Source: Octopus vulgaris
Taxonomy: Eukaryota
Assembly (NCBI GenBank): GCA_951406725.2
Contig: OX597833.1
Location: 40,548,001 to 40,612,000 of the forward strand
Direction: 5' to 3'
Length of the DNA: 64,000 nucleotides
The notes under the pieces were generated by a model. That model worked only from the letters and a program-made list of their open reading frames with translations, did not search any database and was not told the DNA's origin. Within the stretch, counting starts at the first letter, position 1; every line of letters begins with the position of its first letter. Shown here in pieces: positions 28,755 to 42,184 of the stretch. The position numbers and the translations under genes were made by a program.

Positions 28755-31104
28755 TGATGATGATGATAACAATATGGATATTTCGTTCATCTTCTTTGAA
28801 CAACCTTTATTCAGGGAGCTTTTGAGCTTGATGGGCTACTCGACATGAAAAATATTCTAACTGAACCCTGCATGCAAGGGCATGCATTGTTTATCTTGAT
28901 ATGAGAACACCATGTCACACTCATATGGTTGTGATATATGTGTCTCGTGTACCCTTATCAGATGAGTAGCCATGATGAGTATATTGGACTTTGTATGTTT
29001 GTACCTCAGCATCACTTTGATGGCATGTACTGCTCACTCACTCAATAATAATAATAACAATCTTTTCTACTGGAGGCACAAGGCCTCAGATTTGTGGTGG
29101 AGGGGAGTGGTTGATTACATCAACCCCAGTGTTTTACTGGTACTTAATTTATCGGCCCCGAAAGGATGAAAGGCAAAGTCGACCTCAGCAGAATTTGAAC
29201 TCAGAACATAGTGATGGGCTAAATATCACTAAGCATTTCATCCAGCATGCTAACAGTTCTACCAGCTCACCATCTTGAATAATGATAATAATCATATATC
29301 ATCATCATCGTTTAACATCCGTTTTCCATGCTAGCATGGGTTGGACGGTTCAACTGGGGTCTGGGAAGCCAGAAGGCTGTGCCAGGCCCAGTCTGATCTG
29401 GCAGTGTTTCTACAGCTGGATGCCCTTCCTAACGCCAACAACTCCGAGAGTGTAGTGGGTGCTTTTTATGTGCCACCTGCACAGATGCCAGACGAGGCTG
29501 GCAAACGGCCACGATCGGATGATGCTTTTTACGTGCAACCGGCACAGAGGCCAGTCGGGGCGGCGCTGGCAACGGCCACGTTTGGATGGTTCTCTTACGT
29601 GCCACCGGCACTGGTATCTCAGCTACAATTTCCATTGATGTTGAAAGATAATAATAATGACACAAGGCCAGCAATTTCAGGGGGCAGAGTAAGTTGATTG
29701 CATCAACACCAGTGTTCAACTGGTACTTATTTTATCAATCCTGAAAGGATGGAAAATAAAATCAACCTTGATGGAATTTGAACTCAAAAAAGACAGACAA
29801 AATGCTGTTAAGAATTGATGTTGAGGTGTTAGATTTAATAAATGTTTTAACCCTTTAGTGTTCGCATTATTCTGTCAAAATTAATGCTTTTTTATCCACA
29901 TTGTTTTGAACTAATCATGTAGCTATGAGATTTTGATGAGGTAGCTGTTAATTTTTAAAACGATATTGTAGGGTTGGTGTGAGAGACCAGATCTGGCCAG
30001 TTTGAACATAAAACAGGCAGAATACTTTTGGCCGGATATGGCCGGTTTAAATGTTAAAGGGTTAGACATAGAAGTTCTCTTGCAGCTGAGCAGACTGATG
30101 CTTGTAAGCCATATGGTTTGTATGCAAGATGAAAGAATTTCAAAACATCTATTAAACAGAGAATTACAATTTAGGAAAAAAAAAAGAAAAATTCTCCTCA
30201 TAAGCTGAAGTCAAAATGCAAAGACTTCTCTAAATCTAATTCAAAACAAGGTAATAGTCATGTTGAAAGTTGGGAAATACACTGAACCACAAACGAAATG
30301 CAAGATGTGTGTAACTGAAATATGTTTTAATTTCATTATGCCAGAGATAAATTTTGATAAATCTGATAAAGTCAATTTCTTGGATGCTCTTTGACCACAG
30401 TCCATGGGTCATTGTCATGTGTTCTGGAAGTGGGCAGATCCAGCACATTGAGATTATAGGGCATGATGTGTTCAATACTGTGTGATGGAATAAAAAGCCA
30501 GCTTCGCTTTGCAATTATTTATCACGCCATAGTACATTATTGAGCTGACTTTCCACACACACACACACACAAATACACACACACACACACAAACACACAT
30601 ACTCACACACATACACACACACACACAAACACACACACACGCATGCATGCACACACATGCACACGCACACATGTGCACACACACATTTACATGCTCACAC
30701 ACACATACACACTAGTACGTGCATAGCCATTTCTTTTCATACGTATATTGTTGTCCGGTTGACTAAATAACTAGTGTACTGAGTGCTAACTGTTGCACAG
30801 TTAAGTGTTGGTAGGAACGGATATGAGACAGACTCAATAATTTGAAGGTTACAATTGATTCTTGAGATAAGGAAGTAGATATGACAAATTGACAGAGATA
30901 GATAACTATTCGACTTATATAAGTAGCAAGATGAATAGACAGGTGGCTGGATGGATGGTTGCAGGGAGGGAGGAATGGTAGGCAAATAGTTTTGGTGAAA
31001 GAGGGAGAGAGGGAACGAAAGAGAGAGAGAGAGAGAAAGAAAGAGATAGAAAGAGAGATAGAAACAGAGAGAGTGGAGAATGAGGGAGAGAGGGAACGGA
31101 AAAG

Positions 31105-31135
<31 letters not shown>

Positions 31136-32439
31136 AAGAGAGTGAGTGAGAGAGGAAGAAAGAGAGAAAAAAGAAGTAATAAAAAAAAACATTAAGAATA
31201 GTGAAGACAATAGAAGATTTATTCAATATGTATCAAACAACATTTATTGATGTGATTGATTTTCAGCACTAGATTAAAGAGAGTGAGTGAGAGAGGAAGA
31301 AAGAGAGAAAAAAGAAGTAATAAAAAAAAACATTAAGAATAGTGAAGACAATAGAAGATTTATTCAATATGTATCAAACAACATTTACTGATGTGATTGA
31401 TTTTCAGCACTAGATTAATGTTAATGGGTCACGAAAAGAAGAAAAATTTTAATATTTTGGTGACAGATCTTTTTTGAAGAAGAGTCTTGCCAGTAACTCT
31501 GTCCTCGTAGCAAAAAAAAAAATAAAAAATAAAAAAATGAAAAGGCGCAGGAGTGGCTGTGTGGTAAGTAGCTTGCTTACCAACTATATGGTTCAGGGTT
31601 CATTCCCACTGCGTGGCACCTTGGGCAGGTGTCTTCTACTATTGCCTCGGGCTAACTAAAGCCTTGTGAGTGGATTTGGTAGGCAGAAACTGAAAGAAGC
31701 CCATCGTATATATGTATATATGTGTTTGTGTGTCTGTGTTTGTCCGCTCAACATCACTTGACAACCGATGGTGGTGTGTTTGCGTCCCCGTAACATAGCG
31801 GTTCAGCAAAAGAGACCAATAGAATAAGTACTAGGCTTACAAAGAATAAGTCTTGTGGTTGGTTTGCTCGACTAAAGGCAGTGCTCCAGCATGGCCACAG
31901 TCAAATGACTGAAACAAGTAAAAGAGTAAAAGAGAATAAAGAGATTTAGAAAAAATAACTTTGTTGAATTGGGTTCAGCTGGTATAGATCATAACTAGTG
32001 TCTTCTGAAAAAACATCTTTCATCTTTTCTCTTTTACTTGGCTATGCTGGGACACCACTTTGAGGGGTTTTAGTCAAACAAATTGAGCCGAGAACTTACT
32101 TTTTTTAAAAGTCTAGTACTTATTCTGTCAGCCCCTTTTGCCGAACTACACCAACACTGGTTGACAAGCTGTTGTAGGGGACAAACATAGACACAAAAAC
32201 TCACACATAGATATATACATACATTTATACGATGGGCTTCTTTCAGTTTCTGTCTGCCCAATCCACTCACAAAGCTTTGGTTGTCCCAAGGCTATACTAG
32301 AAGACACTTGACCATGGTTCCACATAGTGGGACTGAACCAGGAGGCATGTGATTGGGAAGCAAGTTTCTTACCACACAGTCATGCCTGTGTCTATTTAAG
32401 TTTGGAATGTAAAAGAACAGTATTCATAGAATTACAGGC

Positions 32440-32505
<66 letters not shown>

Positions 32506-35128
32506 GGTGCCCTGGGAATGATAGCAAAAGGGGCTGATTGCTACCTAACTCAGATACCAGGAAACCCCAAAATGGCAGAAATTCAAAAGATAGTGCTCAT
32601 GGGAACTGCTCATATCCTACGCAAAATACTCGCTATGTAATCTCAAGGTTTAAAACAAACATAATTTTCGTTTTATTTTTTTTTTTTAGACATTCACTAG
32701 TACAACACTAAATACAAAACCAAATATATGGCACACTAGGCATAACAACAACGTGAACTTCCAACATGTTGTCCCTTGAGGTCTCTGGGTGAGACTTGGA
32801 GTCAACTTGTACAAGTATAAAGCAAAAATCAAACATAGAATAATAATAATAATAATTGAAATTAATCTGTAGGATTGTATTTAATATAAACACAGGCATG
32901 GCTATGTGGTCAAAAAGTTTGATTTGCACCCACATGGTTTCAGCCTCAGTCCTACAGTGTGGAATCTTAAGCAAGTGTTTTTATTATGGCCCTAGGCTGA
33001 CCAATGGCTTGTGAGTGATTTTGGTAGATGGAAAGAAGTCCATTGTATATATAAAGTATAATGTAATATAATATAATGTAATTAATTTGATATAATGTAA
33101 TGTAATTGATATAATAATGTAATATAATGAGATAAAATGTAATACAGTGTAATATAATACAATGTAATTAATAAAATGTAATATGATATAATGTTATCAT
33201 CATCATCATTTAATGTCTGTTTTCCATGCTGGCATGGGTTGGATGGTTTCACTGAAAACTGGTAAGCCAGGGAGCCGCACCAAGTTCCGATCTGATTTGG
33301 CAAGGTTTCTAAGGCTGGATGCCCTTCCTAAGGCAAACCATTCTGAGAGTGTAGCTGGTGTCTTTTATGTGTCACTGGCACAGGTGCCATTGACCTGACA
33401 TCAGCACCAGTCACAACTATGGTCTCACTTGGTTTGACAGGTCTACACAAGCATGTATATCACCAAAGGTCTTGGTTACCTGTCACTGCCTCCATGAGGT
33501 CCAATGCTTGAACAGTGCTTATGTGGTAATATAATGTAATGTAATCATCATTGTTTAGCGTCCGCTTTCCATGCTAGCATAGGTTGGACGGTGCAACTGG
33601 GGTCTGGGAAACCAGAAGGCTGCACCAGGCCCAGTCTGATCTGGCAATGTTTCTATGGCTGGATGCTCTTCCTAACGCCAACCACTCCATGAGTGTAGTG
33701 GGTGCTTTTTACGTGCCACCGGCACAGGTGCCAGACGAGGCTGGCAAACGGCCACGATTGGATGGTGATTTTTACGTGCCACCGGCACGAGGCCAGTCAG
33801 GGCGGTGCTGGCAACGGCCACGTTCGGATGGCTCTCTTACGTGCCACCGGCACTGGTATCACAGCTAATGTAATATAATATAATTTAGTTAATATAATGT
33901 AATATAATGTAATATACAAGATCGTATCAAAATGTTTCCAGACTAGTTTTGTAGTGTGCCGACAGATGGCAGCACACAGCGAAAGCTAACAGCAACCTTC
34001 ATGAGGCAGTGTGCTTAATGACATTGCTCTGTTTACTTCGCAAGTTCTGAAATTTGCTTTTCTGATCATGTGTATACTACAGTCTGCAATTTTCTCATGG
34101 ACAGGAAGTTGAACAAAGAGCCAATGAGAAATTTTACATTAAATTAGCAGTATCGCCCGGAGTTGCTCGGGTTTGTTTTGACCCTTTAGAATTGGAATTT
34201 TTGAAAAGTAAAAATTTTGCATTATATAGCTTGTTATTTATTCTCTTTAATTGAACATTTTTCTGGTTGAAATACACCAAAAAATGGCGACACAGCAGTC
34301 AAAAAATAGGAAAAAATAGGGATTTTCATAGAAAAAAAGCACCTTTTTGATGTAAATAATTTTTGGTCTTAACATGGTCTGATTTAAATTTTTTCTTCTA
34401 CGGAATGAAGAGCAAGCCTTCTTCTATCATACTCTCAATTTTGGTCAACTTGCGCCGCAGGGTCTCGGAGGAGATAGTGTTAGTTGAAGGCTACCAAACC
34501 TGCCATACACAGACAACTACAGCTTTATATATAAAGATTTGGGAAGGCTGCTACAGAGACACTGAGCATGTTTCGGCAAGCTTATGGTGACAAGGCAGTG
34601 AGTTGTTTGCAATGTTTTGAATGGCATCTCCAAAGTCATTTCCAAAGCTACAAAGTAGAAAGTCATACCTGCTAAGTCAACGAGATTTATTTCACTTGTT
34701 TTGCGTGTTTCTGTGTTATTCTCTGATTTCTTGATCTGGTCGAATATGATAGTAACCACAGTGTGGGCTCTTGAACTGGTAGCATTCATGTTTGTGGAAG
34801 CAACTGTACGATTAGCTGTACCTATGGTATAAAAAACGACAACAAAGCAAAAAGACAATGTAGGTTTATTATGAAAGGAGGGCAAATTTTAGAAATTGGA
34901 AAAGCATGAAACTTGACCACAAGAATGGCAGTGTTGATAAGAAGTTTACTTTGCAGCTATGTGGGAAAGCATCTTTTACTGTAATGCCAGACTGACAGAT
35001 GCCTTGTGAGGGAATTTGGTAAATGGAAACTGTGTGGAAGCCCATCACACATACACACACATAAACAATTTTATATTTGATATATATATATATAAACAAT
35101 ATTATGTTACACATATACACACATATAT

Positions 35129-35161
<33 letters not shown>

Positions 35162-38100
35162 AAAACAATTTTACATGAATCTGAAAGTTACTTTTTACGT
35201 TACATATATACACACATACATGTACATAGAAACACACACACATACATACACACATATATAAAAACAATTTTACATGAATCTGAAAGTTACTCTGTATTTT
35301 TGTAGAGTACAAATTTATTATTCTCTAACATGAATAATATTGATTTCAAACTTTGACACAAAGCCAGCAAGTTCAGGAATGGGGTAAGTTGATTATTTTG
35401 ACCCCAGTGCTCAACTGGTACTTACTTTATTGACCCTGAAAGGATGAAAGTCAAAGTCAAGCTAAGCAGAATTTGAACTCAGAACATAAAGATGGACAAA
35501 ATACTTAGGAGCATTTTATCCAGCATGCTAATGATTCTGCCAGCTCATTGCCTTTTTAACAAGTATAATTTTGTCAGTAACTTCGAAGTTTCAGTCAGCT
35601 AAGTCCAATGATGGCTTAGTTAGTTGAAACTTTGAAGTCAATCTCAATATTATTCTTGTTAAAGAATAATAGATAGATAAATAAATATATAAGTAAATAA
35701 GCAAACAAACAAATAACTAAGTATATATATGTATGCATACATGTGTGTGTGTGTGTGTGAGTGTGTGTGTACCTGTCTGTGTGTCTTTGTGTTTGTCCCC
35801 TACCATTGCTTGACAATTGGTGTAGATTTGTTGAAATCCCCACAGTTTAGCATTTCAGCAGTTCAGCAAAAGAGACTGACAAAGTAAGCGTCAGAGTTAA
35901 AAATAAGTACTGAGGTTGATTTGTTTGACTAAACCCTTAAGGGCAAGTCTGCAGTCCAATGACTGAAACAAGTTAACAGATAAAAGATATAATGTACATA
36001 ACAGAACACAATAGCATGCATAATATATGATTTAATTATTACATACATAATTCTTTCTACTATAGGCACAGAGCCTGGAATTTTGTGGGACAATACTAGT
36101 CAGTTACAGTGACCCAAGTGCTCATCAACACCTTTTAGAATATGATGGAATTTGAACTCATAACGTAAATACAGTAATCCCTCATCTATCACAGGTGTTA
36201 CGTTCCAAAACCCCCCATGATAGGTGATAACCACAAAGTAGAAACAGTACTGTACTGTATATTTTTTATCATTATTATCATAGTTTGTTTGCATATATTT
36301 ATTTTATTATAAATGCAAAACAGCACCTCACACTCCCCTCCCAAATTTAATTTTTAATATAGTTTATGCGATTCTTTGTTTTCTCATCTATGGTACACTA
36401 TGTATTTTCTTTTAATATATTTTAATTAATGTGTTATACAGTGCAGTACTATACCATATTTTTATTTAATAATTTACTACCAGTATATCCCGGCTTTGCT
36501 TGGGATTAAGTTAGGATTATTAAGCCAATCAAGCTCTTTATTTCAAAGCAAACTAAGTAACATCGACGTCAAATTTGAGGGAAATCTGTTGAAATTGGTA
36601 AACTTTGGCTGAAATTTTGCAGACAATTTGATTGAGAAATCCCATAAGGTTTAGAGATTTTTTCTACTCATCGATTGTTTTTTTTTTTTTTAGTTTTTGG
36701 TGAACTGAAAGCATTCAAAGATCCCATGAGTCCTAAGTAATGCTGGCATCAAGTTTGAACAAAATACATCAAAATTGGTAGACGCTATGGTTGAAAATGG
36801 GGTGTAGCCAATTTTAGTGGGAAGTCCTATAAGGAATCGGTTTATCGATTTTTTTTTATCCTGATTAAATGGAAAATCTCATAAGGAATCAATTTATTGA
36901 TTTTTCACCCCAAATAGGACTTAACCGAACATTGCTGATTCAAAAACATCAATATTTATACTTTAAAGTTGGTTTTCATACCCAACCCAGTTCTGCAGAA
37001 TCAGTGTTGCGACGGGAGTGCATGGGTTGGGAGTTTGATCGGCAGAGGTGATCAGGTTGCATATGTCAACCCTTTTGAAAACACCACCCCCATTATGTAA
37101 CCCCACTTTGCCCATGGGTTGAGAACCCTTCCAGCAAGGAAAATAGAACGCCCAAAAGGACCCCTGATCCTCTGTGTGGGAAGCAGTTATGTTCAGATCA
37201 CAACTAAGTATATATATATATATGGGAAACACACACACACACACACGCGCGCGTGCGCACACACACAAACATATACGTACATACACCTATTGCATACATG
37301 TTTTTGCACGCCTTTGCCCCTGCCACTGTCCCACCACCACCTCCTACCTGAGTAACACCATCAATTGAAGCAAATTTGGCACCCGGACATAAGTTTTGTA
37401 ACAGGAATAGAGAAGACTACCTTCTCCCGCAGAGATGTGAGAGTCAGATCTCTCCTTTCGAAAACATGAACAGTTTCGAAGCATTGTTTACAAAATAATA
37501 GCTGATCGTTTGCGAAGGAGCATGTCTACAGTCAACACGTAGGTCTTTTGTTCTGGTAACCTCTGCTCTCTCCTATATTCACGCACGACCAGCTATATAT
37601 CGCAATGAGTAGAGCAACGGATTCAGCTAATTTGGAAATTAGTTGTGGAGAAATGGAGAATATTGTTTATATTGTGTATATATATATATTTCTTTACTGC
37701 CCACAAGGGGCTAAACATAGAGGGGACAAACAAGGACAGACAAAGGGAGTAAGTCGATTACATCGACCCCAGTGCGAAACTGGTACTTTATTTATCGACC
37801 CCGAAAGGATGAAAGGTAAAGTCGACCTCGGCAGAATTTGAACTCAGAACGTAACGTCAGACGAAATACTGCTAAGCATTTCGCCTATCGCGCTAACGTT
37901 TTTGCCAGCTCGCCACCTTCTGTGTATATATATATTCAGGCAACACACACACATTGCATGCATGTATTTTGTATGCATACATGCTCATGTGTGTGACTGA
38001 AGCCATTCACACATACATACATACATACATACATACATAACAACCCCTGTCTGTCAATCACTTACTAAAAAGATATTTTAGAAATCTGTTATCTCTCTCT

Positions 38101-41100
38101 CTCTCTCTCTCTCTCCCTCTCCCTCCCTCTCTTTACACCATCGCTAGAAGGGGACTTAGCTCATGTTTGGTTTGTAAACAATGGTGGATTTCTCCGCCGT
38201 GAAAATTGTTAGAAGTTATGGCTCAAAATTATTTACCGCTATTCCCGGGTGCCTCGGCGGAAAATGATTTGACGAAAATACAGCTAGGGTCGTGATGAAT
38301 GTCCTCCTAAAATTTGAGTGACATGTGTGTTAATTTGTGGATGTGCATAAACTACATTCATGTACACACACCCACACACATCCTGCCTTACATATATACG
38401 GATTAATTTTTAGGCATGAAGATGATTATTTTACCACAGAAATAATTAAAAATCTAAAAAATTATAAATACTTATCAGTTGTAGAAACCTGTGATGTACT
38501 GAGGAGTCCACAATATAAATTTAAATATATTAGCCAGAAAAATCCACAATGTACATACAAAGTGCTTCAAAGCATTTTGTTCAGTATGCTAATGATTCAG
38601 CCAGCTCGTTACCTTAATTATTATCCTAATTATTACATATATGACACATGTATATATAATACGTATATGCAACAGTCCATAAAAAAGAACTATAATTTTA
38701 AAATTTATTCTGTTTGGCCTGATCCATGATCTAGCAACTGGAGATTCCTGCTTTACATCATAAATTTAAATCTGTTTGTGGCCAACTTTGTTCTTCATCC
38801 CCGAGGGAGTAAAGACTAAAGATTTTTCTGGTGTTCATAATAAATAAGCACTGGTACATAGTATATTTATGTTAAGGGAATACTCATTTTATTTTTTATA
38901 TGCTCAGCTCAGAAATGTTTGAGACATTTACTCTTGCACTTATGCATCAGGCTGGTCTTCCATTGTAGGAACCAGCTGTAGTCATCCATTATTTGGTTTC
39001 AGATTTTGGCACAAGGTCAGCAATTTCATGGGAGGGTTTAAATCAATTACATTGACCACAGTATTCAACTGGTACTTATTTTATTAATCCAGGAGGAAGG
39101 CAAAGCTGAAAGGCAAAGCAGTATTTGAACTCAGAATGCAAAAGCCAGAAGAAATGCTACATGCTAAGATTCTGGCAGCTCACCACCTTAAACTAGATAT
39201 TAATATTTCAAGATGAAGATAAGATGGCAAGGTGGCAGAATCATTAGTACACAGGGCCAAAAGTTTAGTGGCATTTCATCCATCTTCTGAGTTCAAATTC
39301 TGTTGACGTCAACTTTGCCTTTTATCCATTCAGGGTCAATAAAATAAGTACCAGATGAGTATTGGGGGCCGATGTAATCGATTTACCCTCTCACCAAAAA
39401 TTGCTGGCCTTGTGCCAAAATTTGAAACCAGTATTACAAGATGAAGAGTCAATGTGAACACCCAGTGAAAAGACCCTAAGTAGGCTCCAGTGAACTAAGT
39501 CTGTTGAGATTTTGGGTTGAAGTTATTTCATTTCACAGCATATACACTGATAATGTCCTTAAAGAAAACAAACATGATTGTCACATCATATCTTTCCTCT
39601 TCCCTTACAAATATCTAGCCTTGAGCCTTCATAAGAAATCAATGTTATACTGCTAGCTGACACAGTGTGAAGTTATTGATTAATACATGAGTATTGATTA
39701 ACAACACACTCATGCTTACATGCACACACAAAAGCACAAACTCACTCACATACACTCAAATATAATCACACACACACATCTTAAAGATGCATGTGAGTTA
39801 TATAAGTCCATATGTATTGACTTAGGAAGAATCTTGGACAGGAACAGGATACAACATGGTTTGTGGATGTTATTGTGTTTATGGTGGTGGTGGTGGTGGT
39901 GGTGGAGGTGGCGGGTGTAATCAGAAGATAATCAGCTGGTGTTTACATTGTGAGTTCAAATCCCAGCAATGTTAACTTTGTCTTTCATCCATTGACTTTG
40001 TTATAATCAATTATACCCTTCCACCTTAAACTCTGTAACATTGTGCTTATCTTCTGTCTTTTAATTGATGTGTCAGTCATTGGACTGCAGCGTGTCTGGG
40101 GGTGCTGCCTTGAAGGGTAACACCAAGCATATCAACACCAGTAGGTATTTTTCGTTTTAAGCCTAGTACTTGTTCAATCGATCTCTTTTGCCAAACCACT
40201 AAGTTATGGGGACATAAACAAACCAACAAGTGTTGTGACAGGGTAAGGTCGTGGTGATGGTGGACAGACAACACAGAAACAAAGACACCGGCATGCACGT
40301 ATGTGTGCACACACATACACATTCTCTCACACACACATATACTCACACACACACTCATAATCATACAACAGGCTTACACACAGTTTACATCAATCAGATT
40401 CATTCACAAGACACTAGTTAGCCTTGGGTTATAATAGAAGACAATTGTTCATGGTGCCACACCATGGCATTGAACTTAAAACCACATAGCTGCAAAGCAA
40501 GCTTCTTAACCACACAGCCACACCTGTGTCTATATGTAGAATTCATATCCTGGACTTGTTGATCTGGAGAATACTTTTGAGAGAATTCTATAGGAGGTGG
40601 TGACATGAGCATTGAGGGAGCTATGAGAGGAAGAATGGCTGATAAGAGTAAAACACAAACAAAATAATTGTTGACATTAACACAAAGCAATTTACATGGA
40701 GTAACTTTACATTTAGGAGTGGAACATACTATTTCTCATAGTCCCGGCAGACAAAATGGGAAAGGAATTGTCCTGAAGGATGGTGAAGGAGATGTGCTGG
40801 AACAGCCATCCTGACTCATGGATCTTGTAATAGGATGAGAGGTCCCCTGCACTGGATGGGTGCAGCTCACATCCTTTAGATTAAATATTAATCGAAGGAA
40901 AGAGTCAAGACTTCTGATTAACTTCAACAGTATAAATATTTATTTCTCGATTTGCAATATATATACATTTCTTCTTTCTGGGTGCTTCTTCTAGGAGCTT
41001 ATCGCAATGGTCAAGTGGAGTGAGCCAAATCCTGTCCATTCAAGCATAGCAGAGATATGCCACGAGGTAGCAGCTTGAGAGAGCTGACAAAACATGACTG

Positions 41101-42135
41101 TCTTGTTCAGCTGCCGGCGTTCGAGAGAATGATACGAGGGAATTTCGCTGCCGCTAGTTTTCTGTGCATGCGCTTGAGTGAACTTCCAGCAGGCCTCCCA
41201 GAAGAATCCAACTCTGTGCATGCATGCTGGAGATTTCCAAGATGGCATCACTCCAAGCTCATACTGTGGATATCCATTTCCACCCCAATAATGGTGAACA
41301 GAGATATGGTCTGAGGTATTCACTACCACAAGCTCAACCATAAATCTTTCATGTTGTGAAAAAGTTTTGCTGATAAGTTCTGTGTGATTAGACAAATGAC
41401 ACACAACATGAAGAGTGAATATTTCGAGGAATAACCTAAAGGACAAATGTCTGGGACCCAACTATGCTGTGTCCATAACTAAGACTTTTAAATTTTGATG
41501 GTTCAGGCCACTAGACTACAGACAGGTACCATGACAAGTTTAATTATTTAGTATATGCAACATATTGTTGATGAGAATTTTATTGTTTTGCAGTACTGAA
41601 TTCACTTTCAATGGCAGATATAGCTGCATTAATCAAAATAACTAATACATTTGGCTAGTGTGCATAGTGTAAGTCAAAAATTGATCTCTATTTAATATTT
41701 GTGGGGAACAAATATACACTGATTGATTGATTAATTGATAAATAATAGCACTATCATCTCCGTTGTTTTAATGACCATTTTCCATGCTTACAAAGTTTAG
41801 GCTGGATTTATTGAAACAGATTTTCCTATCACCAGATACACTTCCTGTCACCAACCCTCATTTCTTTGCAAGCAAGGTCATTCTTCCCTCTGGTTGGACA
41901 TCTTTTCATTGAAGATTGTATGACAGTGGTATGTGATTACAACAACAGTGCAATGTCAAGACAAGGAGACACATACATGTGCACACACACACACACACAT
42001 ACACACATCATCATCGTCATCATTGGTTTAAACATCCACTTTTCCATGCTGACAAGGGTTGGATAAGATTTTGTTGAGACAGATTCTCTTTGGCCAGATC
42101 GCCATCCAGTCACTCCAATGTATTTTCTGACAAGG

Positions 42136-42184
<49 letters not shown>

